Shown: in pieces, positions 45,437 to 55,205 of the stretch
Numbering within the stretch: position 1 is the first letter of the stretch
Layout of the letters: each line of letters starts with the position of its first letter
Origin: a virus
Reading direction: 5' to 3' (one strand)
DNA length: 64,000 bases
UHGV virus genome: UHGV-0311442
Made by a program: the position numbers and the translations under genes
The notes under the pieces: generated by a model
What the model was told of the DNA's origin: nothing
The model's input: the letters and a program-made list of their open reading frames with translations, nothing else
The model's database searches: none

Positions 45437-46108
45437 TCATGCAGAAGGGGCAGAGTTTGTAAAAGCAAGATTGGGTGTCAAGCCAGCTTTCCCTAATTTT
45501 TCATACAGGTAATTGAAAAATCTGAGATGGGCGTCGTAGTGGCCAGCCGCTACTCGCTGACCGTAAACTTCTACCAAGTCAGGCGAAAACTTAATATGGC
45601 AGTTTTGTCTAGAGAACAAAGGTTGTTGCACCCCACCCTTAATTAAGATGCGATACTTTTTACCGTCGTCTGTTACGGCGTGAAGAATATTTGTACTGAA
45701 ATGGAAATAGATAGAAGGGTTAAAACACAACCAGGTGGCGGCAGTGATTAGTAAGTCAGCTAACTTAACAGCGATTTTGTCAAGTTCAGGCCCTTCAAAC
45801 TTATGCATTAACCGCAGAAGAATTTCAGTAATAACCGTGCCTGTAAGTAATTTGTCTCTATTGAGACCAGGTGCAACCGCCAAAACATCACCATTATAAG
45901 TGCAGACAAGTGTGAATAAGTTGAAAGGCTGGTCTTGATAAAGTTCGAAAACCAGGTCAGTATACGGGCTAAAAGTTAAGAATTTCACCCCGAGTATTTC
46001 ATTAACGCAGGGTAAAAGCTCAACTTTCACAGGCGGTTGTGCTTCGTTAACTTTAGTCTCGTTCTTTACAGTTTCTTCAATTACAGTTTTACCAATTTTC
46101 GGTGGCAT
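45437..46108 (-). CDS. Hypothetical protein
   Basis: ORF. Confidence 0.6.
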   Translation of the reverse strand: MPPKIGKTVIEETVKNETKVNEAQPPVKVELLPCVNEILGVKFLTFSPYTDLVFELYQDQPFNLFTLVCTYNGDVLAVAPGLNRDKLLTGTVITEILLRLMHKFEGPELDKIAVKLADLLITAATWLCFNPSIYFHFSTNILHAVTDDGKKYRILIKGGVQQPLFSRQNCHIKFSPDLVEVYGQRVAAGHYDAHLRFFNYLYEKLGKAGLTPNLAFTNSAPSA

Positions 46109-46129
46109 GATAATACTCCTTCAGGTTGA

Positions 46130-46489
46130 TTAGTGCGTTGCGGTGTTAGTGATAAAACGCACATTCTTCGTGGTGCGTTTAATGGACGTGTTTGCAACGT
46201 AGTCCAACGCTGATTCTACGTGAACGGTTACTGAGCAACGACCCTTAACGGAATTAAAACTAATCTGGTATTTCAGACGAATCGCATCAGCAACTTTCAT
46301 CATAATCGGCAAGCTTAAACGTTCTGAGTGATCGTTCTTAATAGACGAGATAACAGGTTGTGAAACTTTCGCAAGCTGGGCAAGTTCACGCTGGGTAATG
46401 TCTTTTGTGGTCAAGTGACGAATTACGTAAGACAAGTGAAGACCGAATTTACGTTTTGCCAGAACGATGGAATTGTGATTGTAAGCCAT
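46130..46489 (-). CDS. Putative HTH DNA-binding protein
   Basis: ITQRELAQLAKVSQPVISSIKN resembles an XRE-type helix-turn-helix; preceded by the promoter-like motif. Confidence 0.5.
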   Translation of the reverse strand: MAYNHNSIVLAKRKFGLHLSYVIRHLTTKDITQRELAQLAKVSQPVISSIKNDHSERLSLPIMMKVADAIRLKYQISFNSVKGRCSVTVHVESALDYVANTSIKRTTKNVRFITNTATH

Positions 46490-46525
46490 TGTAAATACTC
46501 CTTTAGGTTAACAAGTCGGTGTAAA

Positions 46526-46579
46526 GAGTTAGTTGTAACTCTCATCTAAGTAAAATATATCTGAGAAAAAATAAAATAT
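46526..46579 (-). promoter_or_regulatory. Conserved promoter-like motif plus 5'-UTR hairpin (copy 3)
   Basis: Hairpin gagtta..taactc then TCTAAGTAAAATATATCTGAGAAAAAATAAAATAT. Confidence 0.45.
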
Positions 46580-46603
46580 AGGTACCACCCAACGGTGGTA
46601 CCT
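46580..46603 (-). terminator. Rho-independent terminator
   Basis: aggtaccaccc / gggtggtacct hairpin with T-run on minus strand. Confidence 0.55.
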
Positions 46604-46609
46604 AAGCGG

Positions 46610-47233
46610 TTAGTTTGCTAAAATGTGCGTAACAATCTCAGCGGCTTTCAAACGGTAATCGTCATTCTGCGTTACTGGTAATAATGCGTGAAGACAACCA
46701 CCTTCTGTTAAGATGTGATGCGCGAAACGATAATGGTCGCGTAGGCCATCCCAACATTGATTGTCCATTAGATACTTAACCGTAAGTACCTCATCGTCCC
46801 AATTCTTACCTTGTTCTTCTACACGTTTCTTAAATCGCGCTAACGCTGTTGGGTAATCAACATCAGTCCAAACATAAAGGTCGGGTGCGTGGAAATGACG
46901 AGTTAGCTTACGTTGGAAAACTACGTCCTTGCCATCTGTCCCCTGATAAACAATCGTTGAAGGGCAAAAACGATCGAAAATGACGACATCGTACTCGTCA
47001 ACAACATGGTCTAACGTGTGAAGGAAGTCATCACACATTGCTTCAGCAATTTTTGTTTTCGAAGCAGACTGTACAACCAAGCTACGTGCACGAATACCCG
47101 CCTCGGTTTCAGACGTCGGATGGTTCCGAATACACACTTTTAATCCTGCGGACTCCAACATCGCTTTTACCATTTTACACAACGTTGATTTCCCAGAAAA
47201 ATCAGGACCATCAATAGACACGGTCTTAAGCAT
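46610..47233 (-). CDS. P-loop nucleoside-monophosphate (thymidylate-type) kinase
   Basis: Walker A IDGPDFSGKST and DRF (TMK DRY-like) motif. Confidence 0.6.
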   Translation of the reverse strand: MLKTVSIDGPDFSGKSTLCKMVKAMLESAGLKVCIRNHPTSETEAGIRARSLVVQSASKTKIAEAMCDDFLHTLDHVVDEYDVVIFDRFCPSTIVYQGTDGKDVVFQRKLTRHFHAPDLYVWTDVDYPTALARFKKRVEEQGKNWDDEVLTVKYLMDNQCWDGLRDHYRFAHHILTEGGCLHALLPVTQNDDYRLKAAEIVTHILAN

Positions 47234-47295
47234 TATTGTTTTACCTTTACGCGCTTTTAGATAAAAGGGGTGTAAAAAACACCCCTTAGTTTTAC

Positions 47296-47910
47296 TTACA
47301 ATTCAAAATATGTGGAAATTAAGCTCTCAAGGTTACGTTCTTCGTACACTTCCTTACTCGTAGGGTAACCGACGGTATGGTATTTCGCTGTAAAAGAAAT
47401 GGCCTTGTTTGCAACGACGTACCGGTCATCGATACTCACCTTTTCAGGATGCTTGAGGCTGAGCGTGACGGTACGTATATGGGTCACCTCAAAATCTTTG
47501 ATGATAACGCGATCTCTGTGTCGTGAGATAGCAAAATTGCTACTGCCCGCCACGAACTCCTCATAACCGCCGACCAATTTAAGAGCTGCTAAACATGCAG
47601 TATAAGCGGGATATTTATCAGCCAATAGTTGTTCTTTTGTTACAAAGAGTTTATAGTCTTCCTCATCGCGAAGGTATCTCAGCAATAATTGGGAACGGAA
47701 TTTCGACAACAGTCTTTCGTACTGCGATTCCCAGAGTTTTCCATTTTCAGTGAAGAGATGACCAACGGTATACTTTAATTTCTCACCTTCATAAATCAAA
47801 AGCGAATTTTTCGAGACAAAGCCCGCATTCTTTCTATTTTCGCCAATTTCATTTTCAGCAACTTCAACTAAAGTGTAGTTGTTAGGGAGTTCAAAGCGCT
47901 TAATTTCCAT
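47296..47910 (-). CDS. Hypothetical protein
   Basis: ORF. Confidence 0.6.
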   Translation of the reverse strand: MEIKRFELPNNYTLVEVAENEIGENRKNAGFVSKNSLLIYEGEKLKYTVGHLFTENGKLWESQYERLLSKFRSQLLLRYLRDEEDYKLFVTKEQLLADKYPAYTACLAALKLVGGYEEFVAGSSNFAISRHRDRVIIKDFEVTHIRTVTLSLKHPEKVSIDDRYVVANKAISFTAKYHTVGYPTSKEVYEERNLESLISTYFEL

Positions 47911-48038
47911 AATTTATCTCTCTTTAAATTGGTGAGTTACCGACTCACTACGGTTGTCACATTGATAATATCAATCTGTAATAAAATTTAGGGTAAAAAA
48001 AAAGAAACCCGCCCCTACCGTTAAGTAGGGGTAAGGTT

Positions 48039-48644
48039 TTATTGGTGATCAACAATCGGACCACTCCACACTTCTGACGTTTGTGGTGCGGTGAGGTTAG
48101 CAGCCTGTGCAGACGTTACGCACAGCAAGACTAACCCTTGTTTAGCAAGATAGTGTTGCATTCTTGCTGCCTCCACGGAGGTGTCCACAATAACGAGCTC
48201 AGCGCCACGTAGAAGCGTTAGAGCCGCTTGTCCCTCCTGTGGCGTGGTTAAAGCATCACTGTCGTCCAGAATGCGTTTAAGGCGGTTATACGCCAACCCA
48301 GTTACATTACTCCGACCTGCACGAAGATCAACAACCATATCGTTATATTCCCCCACCACTTGTTGCGTCGAATTGGGATAAAATCGAAACGCGGCACGGC
48401 GGCGTTTACGACGCACCTCAGAAATCGCGCGTTGTAAAACCAGCAAAACGTATTTCGGTGCCGCTTCGCTATTCGGTCGACGCATCTTGGCTAAACGCGC
48501 AGCTAAATCCAAAATTTTCGTTAAGGGATAGCGATGTTTAAACCCGTCACGTTCGATAGTAACGCCACGTTTAGGCAACTTGCCCGTTTTGTTGATATAC
48601 GATACTGTAATCAATAGTAATGAATCGAGAATCATCTCTGACAT
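48039..48644 (-). CDS. Hypothetical protein
   Basis: ORF followed by a terminator hairpin (48011-48030). Confidence 0.6.
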   Translation of the reverse strand: MSEMILDSLLLITVSYINKTGKLPKRGVTIERDGFKHRYPLTKILDLAARLAKMRRPNSEAAPKYVLLVLQRAISEVRRKRRRAAFRFYPNSTQQVVGEYNDMVVDLRAGRSNVTGLAYNRLKRILDDSDALTTPQEGQAALTLLRGAELVIVDTSVEAARMQHYLAKQGLVLLCVTSAQAANLTAPQTSEVWSGPIVDHQ

Positions 48645-48658
48645 TACAAGGCCCTCTC

Positions 48659-49030
48659 TTAGAACCCCTCAAGAACAGCTTTCACAAATTCGTAAACCGT
48701 GCGTCGGTGTTCTTCAAGCGGATAAACAAACTTAGAATAATCGTTGTTCCAGACAACCGGATAGAGGTCGCCATCACAACTTAAATAGCTCTTACGAACC
48801 ATGTAATAATCTAAACCTACACGGAAGTTTAACGACAGACTACCGTGTTTACTACAAACGTGTAACTGGAGCGATTTCACACCGTCGTGAGTTGGTGATT
48901 CAATCGTTTCCGCATACAATACATCCGAACACTGTTCTATAGCGCTAACGACATCTCTGAGGTTGTTGTCTGCATCGATGGTCGCTTTTCGGAGAGCGTC
49001 GGTGTATTGCTGAAGTTCTCGATAGAACAT
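48659..49030 (-). CDS. Hypothetical protein
   Basis: ORF; overlaps upstream gene by 94 nt. Confidence 0.5.
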   Translation of the reverse strand: MFYRELQQYTDALRKATIDADNNLRDVVSAIEQCSDVLYAETIESPTHDGVKSLQLHVCSKHGSLSLNFRVGLDYYMVRKSYLSCDGDLYPVVWNNDYSKFVYPLEEHRRTVYEFVKAVLEGF

Positions 49031-49569
49031 CCTGCTAATCTCCTGTCTCTACCGTATGGCAGAGGAAATGCTTTGTGTTCAAATTCTGCAACGACATACG
49101 CAGGATAGAACAAAAGGTATTTATAGAACGTAGACAACGTAACGTTTTTCTGGGTGGCTAAAAAGTAATTAAGATCGGGGTTGTCTGGAAAAGCAAAATG
49201 CAACCCTGTGTATACCTGACCTTTATACTCCCCATTAAAGGGTGTGACTGCACATCGTGGGTGTGTCGGCTCGACGTGTAACCAACGACTTCTTACGTGA
49301 TAAACGCCACGGACTGTCGCGTTTCGTGTTTTACCCAAATAACGGCAACGGATATTCTTTTCCCACGCCGCACGTTGAGTGGGTGAACCCAGAGAAACAA
49401 ACCGCGTTAAAGCTTCAGGTGTAAAGTAATCAAAAATGCCGGTCGGTAAACACCAACACGCTTTATCGATTCGTACCACTCTCCAACCAGGACGAAAACC
49501 CACAGCGTAACGCTCTACACCAAAAGTATATCTAGACCCGTCATGAAACGGTACTAATCTTGCAGCCAT
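48937..49569 (-). CDS. Hypothetical protein
   Basis: ORF. Confidence 0.55.
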   Translation of the reverse strand: MAARLVPFHDGSRYTFGVERYAVGFRPGWRVVRIDKACWCLPTGIFDYFTPEALTRFVSLGSPTQRAAWEKNIRCRYLGKTRNATVRGVYHVRSRWLHVEPTHPRCAVTPFNGEYKGQVYTGLHFAFPDNPDLNYFLATQKNVTLSTFYKYLLFYPAYVVAEFEHKAFPLPYGRDRRLAGCSIENFSNTPTLSEKRPSMQTTTSEMSLAL

Positions 49570-49570
49570 T

Positions 49571-50038
49571 TTAGATTTCCTTTATCATTTCCCTGCATTC
49601 GGTACGGAATCCCATTTTCTCATACAAGGAGATAGCTTTAACGTTGTTGTCTAACACATCCAGACTCATCCAACCACAACCTTTGGACTTTCCGTATTCA
49701 CGAACTTTGTCCATAAGCGCACGTCCTACCCCTTGAGAACGTGCTTCGGGAATCACATAGTAGTTCCCAATATAAACAAATGTGTCCTTCGAGCAAGAAC
49801 CTATTGAGAACGTCATGAAACCCAGAAGTTGTTCGTTGTCATCCACGGCACACGCACAGAGATAATCTTGGGGCCAAATCTCTTCTAAGTGTTCAATTGG
49901 GTTGAACGTGTCGCGACCGGTTAACTGACTAATACGCACTTTTTCTTCTGCGAACAGCATGTTGTGCAGTTTGAGTACCTGGTCGCCGTATAACTTTCCG
50001 TATTTACTGTCGGGTTTGAGAATAATAGTAATACGCAT
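49571..50038 (-). CDS. GNAT-family N-acetyltransferase
   Basis: ARSQGVGRALM motif A and typical ~155-aa length. Confidence 0.7.
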   Translation of the reverse strand: MRITIILKPDSKYGKLYGDQVLKLHNMLFAEEKVRISQLTGRDTFNPIEHLEEIWPQDYLCACAVDDNEQLLGFMTFSIGSCSKDTFVYIGNYYVIPEARSQGVGRALMDKVREYGKSKGCGWMSLDVLDNNVKAISLYEKMGFRTECREMIKEI

Positions 50039-51171
50039 TATTTAACCTCAATCAGCGACAACCTGCACCACACCAGTAACCCTTCCGCAACGCGCACTAA
50101 CGAGGTAGTAAACGCATCTTCTAAACGCAGTGCGTTTTTATAACGTACGGTAGCGTCGCGTAACTCCCGCCCTTCAAGCGACTTAAGTTCCTTACGCATA
50201 CGCTGAATTTCGTCATAAATTCCTGTATACCCTACACTACGTCGTTTCGCACCACGCTGACGTAACGCTCGGATAATGTTTCTAACGGCGTCGAGTGCTG
50301 AACCGATTTCGTGCAAGTTCAGAGATTTGATTGTGTGGCCAAAATCACCGTCGCGAGCAATCGCCCACTCAATCTTACCGTTGTTGTGTTCAACGACCAC
50401 CACGTTACCTGGCCACGGGTATGCTTTCACCGTTTTAAACGGATCGATAATACCGAACAGCCCTGCGCTTCGTTTAATCGCCCAGTTCGTTGACCGGCCC
50501 ACTTTCTCCAAACCACTCTCGGTAACTTTCTTGCTCTTACCGATTAACGTACGTGTTTTAACAGTATACTCGTTGACCATCGCATCCATTGCACTCAGGT
50601 TCTTACTGAACTCAATACATGCTTTTACGTTAGGCTTGTCTTCTAAACAAACTTTGGTTGTCCAACTTCCCGTGTCACAGTCAACCGGTTCTAAAGTGTC
50701 CTTGATACCGAGTAAACTTAAACGTGCTTCTAACTTCTGTAGCTTGCGCTCTAACGACGATGCTTTGGACGTCGCTTCTTTCAGTTCATTAATAACTTCT
50801 TTACCGGCGGCTTCCGCGAAGTCGATAAAACGTAAGGCCAATTGCTTAGAATGTTTACCTGCGAATTTTCCAGACGCTTTGGCTCCCGCCACTGCTGCTT
50901 TTCCAGCAACGCGTCCAACTCCCTTAACCGCTCTGCCGGTCGCACGCGCGACCGCTTTACCTACCCCTGCGTAAGGCTCGGTGTCCGCAACAAATTGCGC
51001 GCGTTCCATCATCGCTGCAGACTCCAACGCAACGTGGACATCATCTAAAGCCCACCGTTTTCGGATAGCGACAACCGCCGGATAATTGTCTTTAACATTA
51101 AGCGATTCTAACGCGACCAAACGATCGTAGTCATCGCAAAGGACTTCTAAATCGGAATCTAATGTTGACAT
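50038..51171 (-). CDS. Hypothetical protein
   Basis: ORF. Confidence 0.6.
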   Translation of the reverse strand: MSTLDSDLEVLCDDYDRLVALESLNVKDNYPAVVAIRKRWALDDVHVALESAAMMERAQFVADTEPYAGVGKAVARATGRAVKGVGRVAGKAAVAGAKASGKFAGKHSKQLALRFIDFAEAAGKEVINELKEATSKASSLERKLQKLEARLSLLGIKDTLEPVDCDTGSWTTKVCLEDKPNVKACIEFSKNLSAMDAMVNEYTVKTRTLIGKSKKVTESGLEKVGRSTNWAIKRSAGLFGIIDPFKTVKAYPWPGNVVVVEHNNGKIEWAIARDGDFGHTIKSLNLHEIGSALDAVRNIIRALRQRGAKRRSVGYTGIYDEIQRMRKELKSLEGRELRDATVRYKNALRLEDAFTTSLVRVAEGLLVWCRLSLIEVK

Positions 51172-51221
51172 CCTTTACCCCATTTTAAGCTAAAGCGGGG
51201 AGAAGCCCGCCCTGACTAACT

Positions 51222-51770
51222 TCATAATAAGCGTAGGTCTTCTAACCACTTAGATGCATCCGTAACATGATAATAACAAGGGATGTTCAGTGACTGTGCG
51301 TAGCGGACACCCATCGCCGTACCCCCTTTTGGATTTCCCTTTTTATCATGCTCAGCGTAATAATAGACGGCGTCTACATGATCGTCCAAAGAATCACCTG
51401 ATACAATATTTAAGTTTCGTCCATGCAACACCCAAGCTATTTCCGATAGCTTATCAGGATTAGGGTGAAGCGATGCCACAATCCCACGATAACGGACGTC
51501 TTGTGGAATAACGCGAAAATCCACATTCGGATGTAACTTACGTAACCACAACTTACGTTCGTCAGGCAAATAACAAATATGTGGTCCTGGTTCAGTACGT
51601 GCTAACATAAACTGTAATTGGTCTGGTCCTTTGTAACAACCGCCTGACCGCGTTTCGATACTGTGCTGTTTATTACGAAGAATTTTGAACCCGCGTTGCA
51701 ACACATCCAACATTTCATGCATCGTGTCTTCGGGCGTTTCTCGAGAACCAATAATAGCAATTTTATACAT
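51222..51770 (-). CDS. Hypothetical protein with N-terminal IAIIGSR Rossmann-like motif (SLOG/DprA-like fold?)
   Basis: ORF; motif only; followed by terminator hairpin 51816-51843. Confidence 0.4.
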   Translation of the reverse strand: MYKIAIIGSRETPEDTMHEMLDVLQRGFKILRNKQHSIETRSGGCYKGPDQLQFMLARTEPGPHICYLPDERKLWLRKLHPNVDFRVIPQDVRYRGIVASLHPNPDKLSEIAWVLHGRNLNIVSGDSLDDHVDAVYYYAEHDKKGNPKGGTAMGVRYAQSLNIPCYYHVTDASKWLEDLRLL

Positions 51771-51857
51771 TTGTCACCTCCATACTGAAGTTGTGAAGTG
51801 AAAAAAAAAGAAAGCAGGAGAGAACCTTTTCAGGGTTCTCTCCTATCGGTGATGTTA

Positions 51858-52520
51858 TCACGCTTCTAAACCACTTAAAACGACGGTCTCGAGTAACGCT
51901 TTGCCCATCCAGACGTCCAACTCACCATCTAAGCCCCCTAAAGGACGTTTATTCAGTTCGTTGTTGTAATTAAGTCCGTCAAGGGTTTTATTCGTAATAA
52001 TTTGCCCAATATGAAGCGGTAGAATAAATCGATTTCGTGCGCTATAAATAAACGAATCACATTCGTAAATTACCACATAGCGCTCGAGATCCTCATCATA
52101 CTCAACGTGACACTGCGAGCCCGTGTCCCATGCACGCGACAAAACCATACCACGGTCTTGACACATCTTCTCCACCGACACTTTCGCGGACTCTGCCCAT
52201 TTATCGTAATTTTTAGGTTGGCCGTTTTCGAAATCGAACCAATCCAGATACTTACCGGGAATATCAAGAAAGTCGTTCAATTGAAGTTTCGTGTAAGATA
52301 TCATCACCGCGTCGTTAATATCATTGCGGTTAGTTAACTTTACTCGATACCGACCTTCCGGTGTGGGTGCGCCTATTAAAGAAACATCCACTTTCTCAGC
52401 CGAAAGCTTTTTACGTACACTGCCGCTATTACAGTAACTAACGAGGTTGAGTAAGTTCTGTCTATGACCAACTTCAAAATCAATTACAAAAGACATACAA
52501 ACTCCGCGGGGGTTAATCAC
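51858..52520 (-). CDS. Hypothetical protein
   Basis: ORF. Confidence 0.6.
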   Translation of the reverse strand: MINPRGVCMSFVIDFEVGHRQNLLNLVSYCNSGSVRKKLSAEKVDVSLIGAPTPEGRYRVKLTNRNDINDAVMISYTKLQLNDFLDIPGKYLDWFDFENGQPKNYDKWAESAKVSVEKMCQDRGMVLSRAWDTGSQCHVEYDEDLERYVVIYECDSFIYSARNRFILPLHIGQIITNKTLDGLNYNNELNKRPLGGLDGELDVWMGKALLETVVLSGLEA

Positions 52521-52912
52521 TAATACCCGTATAATGGGTACCGTGCGGTGATCTCATCACCAACATAGAAAGTTAAACGTTGAACATTAATACTTTTATT
52601 TGCGTAGGGTACAGTTTCTAACGTTACCTTTACACTGGCAGAACAACTACCCGGATCAACAAACTGATATGTACGCCGTTTGATGTTTACCAAATAGTAG
52701 CCGCCTGCCGGGCACAATTCGGTTTTACCGTAATTTACCGTGGCGAACTCATCGTTTTGAACTGCAACAACTGGCTGGTCGGTAGATTTAAAAACGACGG
52801 GTTTATCGCCCGGCACTGTAGGTTCAAAACGACTAATATCGTGCGGTTTAAATTCCGCGAACGCGGAAAATGAAAGTAACGTTAGAAATAGGGTAATGAC
52901 AGTTCGTTTCAT
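52520..52912 (-). CDS. Secreted protein (signal peptide)
   Basis: N-terminus MKRTVITLFLTLLSFSAFA is a typical Sec signal peptide. Confidence 0.6.
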   Translation of the reverse strand: MKRTVITLFLTLLSFSAFAEFKPHDISRFEPTVPGDKPVVFKSTDQPVVAVQNDEFATVNYGKTELCPAGGYYLVNIKRRTYQFVDPGSCSASVKVTLETVPYANKSINVQRLTFYVGDEITARYPLYGY

Positions 52913-53388
52913 CGGTCTACCTCATCAAGATGATCGCGTAGCCATGGCATCGACTCTAAGCGCGGAATCATATTCCGTGTGTTCGGCGAAAACCATAGCG
53001 CTTCACGATATTTCTTTTTGAAACGTTCCCAGTGATACGAGAAAGGTTTGGGTGTAAAACCGCGCTCTTTTAGCACCTCCTCCCAAACCAAGTCTTTAAT
53101 AAAATCGTCCACTAAAATTAATACCAACACTTTCCATTTACTGCGTCGGTAGTGCCGTGTAAAAGATTTGCGGAGATCAGAAAAGTCCTCTCGACGACGA
53201 GAACGTACTGCTGGAGTTGCCTTCTCTTTAAATTGCGAACAAGGATTATGTTGTAGTATCGTTACAGGAACTCCCCGAACACGGCCTGTACGTAAATCAA
53301 CCTCGTGTGCGGGGATAACTTCAACGCAACGTAACACTTTTGCTTTATTGCCTTCCAAGCACCGCGTCTCATATTCGACACGAATCAT
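52909..53388 (-). CDS. Hypothetical basic protein
   Basis: ORF. Confidence 0.55.
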   Translation of the reverse strand: MIRVEYETRCLEGNKAKVLRCVEVIPAHEVDLRTGRVRGVPVTILQHNPCSQFKEKATPAVRSRRREDFSDLRKSFTRHYRRSKWKVLVLILVDDFIKDLVWEEVLKERGFTPKPFSYHWERFKKKYREALWFSPNTRNMIPRLESMPWLRDHLDEVDR

Positions 53389-53407
53389 TTTGGGCTCTCA
53401 ACTGTTT

Positions 53408-53884
53408 CTAATAAATCTTATCCGCAACAGAGAGAAAGATGGGGGTGTTTTCAATAAAATCCACCAAATATCCTTCTTCCGGCGGGGCGTATGACGAATC
53501 AACGTTACTGTTCGTCATACGAAAATACCGACGGGAGTCACTGGCAATAAACCATCGGTCTATTTGGAAGCCTTTTTTGGAAAAGAAACACAGTCCGTCA
53601 ATGTTTGAGGGATGCACACGACACATCACCATTTGACGATCTGAATTAAGTTGAACGTATTTCAGTAAAAAGGAACCTACACCGCTACGACGAGAACCTT
53701 CGGCCACTACCAGATAGATAAGATTCCCCGGCTCCCAGATTGCAACCCCATGTGTAATATCATCTTCAACGGCCAACGTAATTTTAACTGGCGTTTCTCG
53801 AATCGAATTTAAGTCTTTGACGTATTCACGTAATTCAGGAAATTTAGCGGAAATTTTGTCTTCGGTAATATCTAACTGCTGCAT
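53408..53884 (-). CDS. GNAT-family N-acetyltransferase
   Basis: RRSGVGSFLL motif A. Confidence 0.6.
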   Translation of the reverse strand: MQQLDITEDKISAKFPELREYVKDLNSIRETPVKITLAVEDDITHGVAIWEPGNLIYLVVAEGSRRSGVGSFLLKYVQLNSDRQMVMCRVHPSNIDGLCFFSKKGFQIDRWFIASDSRRYFRMTNSNVDSSYAPPEEGYLVDFIENTPIFLSVADKIY

Positions 53885-54564
53885 TATTGTTCCCCTATCG
53901 ATAAAACGTTTTTAACAAATTCATCCCACGTGGTGTTCCCACCAGAAGTAAATAAACTGCTAAGTGGAACGTTTCGATGCTGTGGAATAATCGCATCGAG
54001 TTTCGTTACTGGAACTTCGGCCCATAAAGCCCAACCGTACAACCCCTCCACTGTTTTTCTCTCACCACGTAGGGACGGCACCCACCAGGTAAACTGTATG
54101 AATCTTTTACCACGACAGATTTTAAGGCTGGTAGTAAAACCGTGGTCTAACATCCGAACGTCGTCAAACTTACAATTAATCGAGAAAAGACCATAACGGG
54201 CAAGCAATCTCCTTATCTGTAACATTAGGTCGTTTTGGTATTTGTTCAGTGTGACAGTGTCTACAAAAACCTGTCCCTTCCCGACCCCAAACCCTTTCTT
54301 TTCTAAATGCTCCGCCATTAAGGCAGACGTACTCCCCTCTACACCCGGACAATCTAGACTGCCGGATAAAGGTACTGCACGATAATAGCGATGGAGCGTC
54401 TCTTGAAAAGCCGCCGTAACAATTTTTTCCTCTTTAACGAAATCAACAATTTCCCCATTGGAGGTGACCAACGGTCCAACCTTCAGATCCTGAATAGGTA
54501 TCAGTAACGTTCTGGTCATTAAGCGTAATGGTTCCACAATAGCACTCCTTCTTTTAAGTCTCAC
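53884..54564 (-). CDS. Hypothetical protein
   Basis: ORF. Confidence 0.6.
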   Translation of the reverse strand: MRLKRRSAIVEPLRLMTRTLLIPIQDLKVGPLVTSNGEIVDFVKEEKIVTAAFQETLHRYYRAVPLSGSLDCPGVEGSTSALMAEHLEKKGFGVGKGQVFVDTVTLNKYQNDLMLQIRRLLARYGLFSINCKFDDVRMLDHGFTTSLKICRGKRFIQFTWWVPSLRGERKTVEGLYGWALWAEVPVTKLDAIIPQHRNVPLSSLFTSGGNTTWDEFVKNVLSIGEQ

Positions 54565-54626
54565 AGTATGTTTAAAAATTGTAAAAATAAAAAGAAGTAA
54601 CCTCTACCCGAAGGTAGAGGTTAATG

Positions 54627-55205
54627 TTATTTCGTTGTTGGGCTTTCTGTCTTCGACTTAAGCTGGCCTGATTTCTCAAGCTTCTTCTCAACAACTTTTG
54701 TGGCTATCTCAAGAGACTTATAAGCCAACGTTTTAATCGGCCAAGTCGCAAAAACAACCAATGCAAAGAACGGTACCAATGTCACAATCAGAACATCTAA
54801 ACTGTCTTCTGGAAAATGCTGGTGCGTGTCGTAACCCAGGAACCCGGTTACAATAACCGTCGCCAACGTCAGGAGGACAATAATGAACTTCTGGGGACCG
54901 GCTAATTTCGGCCATAAGGTTAGCATGGTTTCTTTGCTAATCTCATCCCCTAGAGATTCCACAGCGTCAGTTGCCTGCTGATGGAATTGTTCTGATATTT
55001 TGCCTAAGTTATCGATTAGCGTCGGGCGTAAGTCGGAAAGAATCTTTGTTCCCGAACGGGTAACGTCAACGTCGACGTCATCCCCATACGCCGCTTTCAA
55101 GAGTTTCGTTAACTGTTCAGACTGTTCTTTACTTAACTTTCTGTTTCCAGCTTGGATCAATAAGTCAAGTATTTCAGTGGGTAGTGCTTGTGTGCTCGGT
55201 TCCAT
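54627..55205 (-). CDS. Membrane protein (2 predicted TM helices)
   Basis: Hydrophobic segments FIIVLLTLATVIVTGFLGY and IVTLVPFFALVVFATWPI; terminator hairpin 54601-54620 downstream. Confidence 0.6.
   Translation of the reverse strand: MEPSTQALPTEILDLLIQAGNRKLSKEQSEQLTKLLKAAYGDDVDVDVTRSGTKILSDLRPTLIDNLGKISEQFHQQATDAVESLGDEISKETMLTLWPKLAGPQKFIIVLLTLATVIVTGFLGYDTHQHFPEDSLDVLIVTLVPFFALVVFATWPIKTLAYKSLEIATKVVEKKLEKSGQLKSKTESPTTK

Noticed and set aside
50276-50974. 232-aa plus-strand ORF antisense to gene 50038-51171
   Set aside because: Shadow ORF inside a minus-strand gene; no RBS and low-complexity composition.
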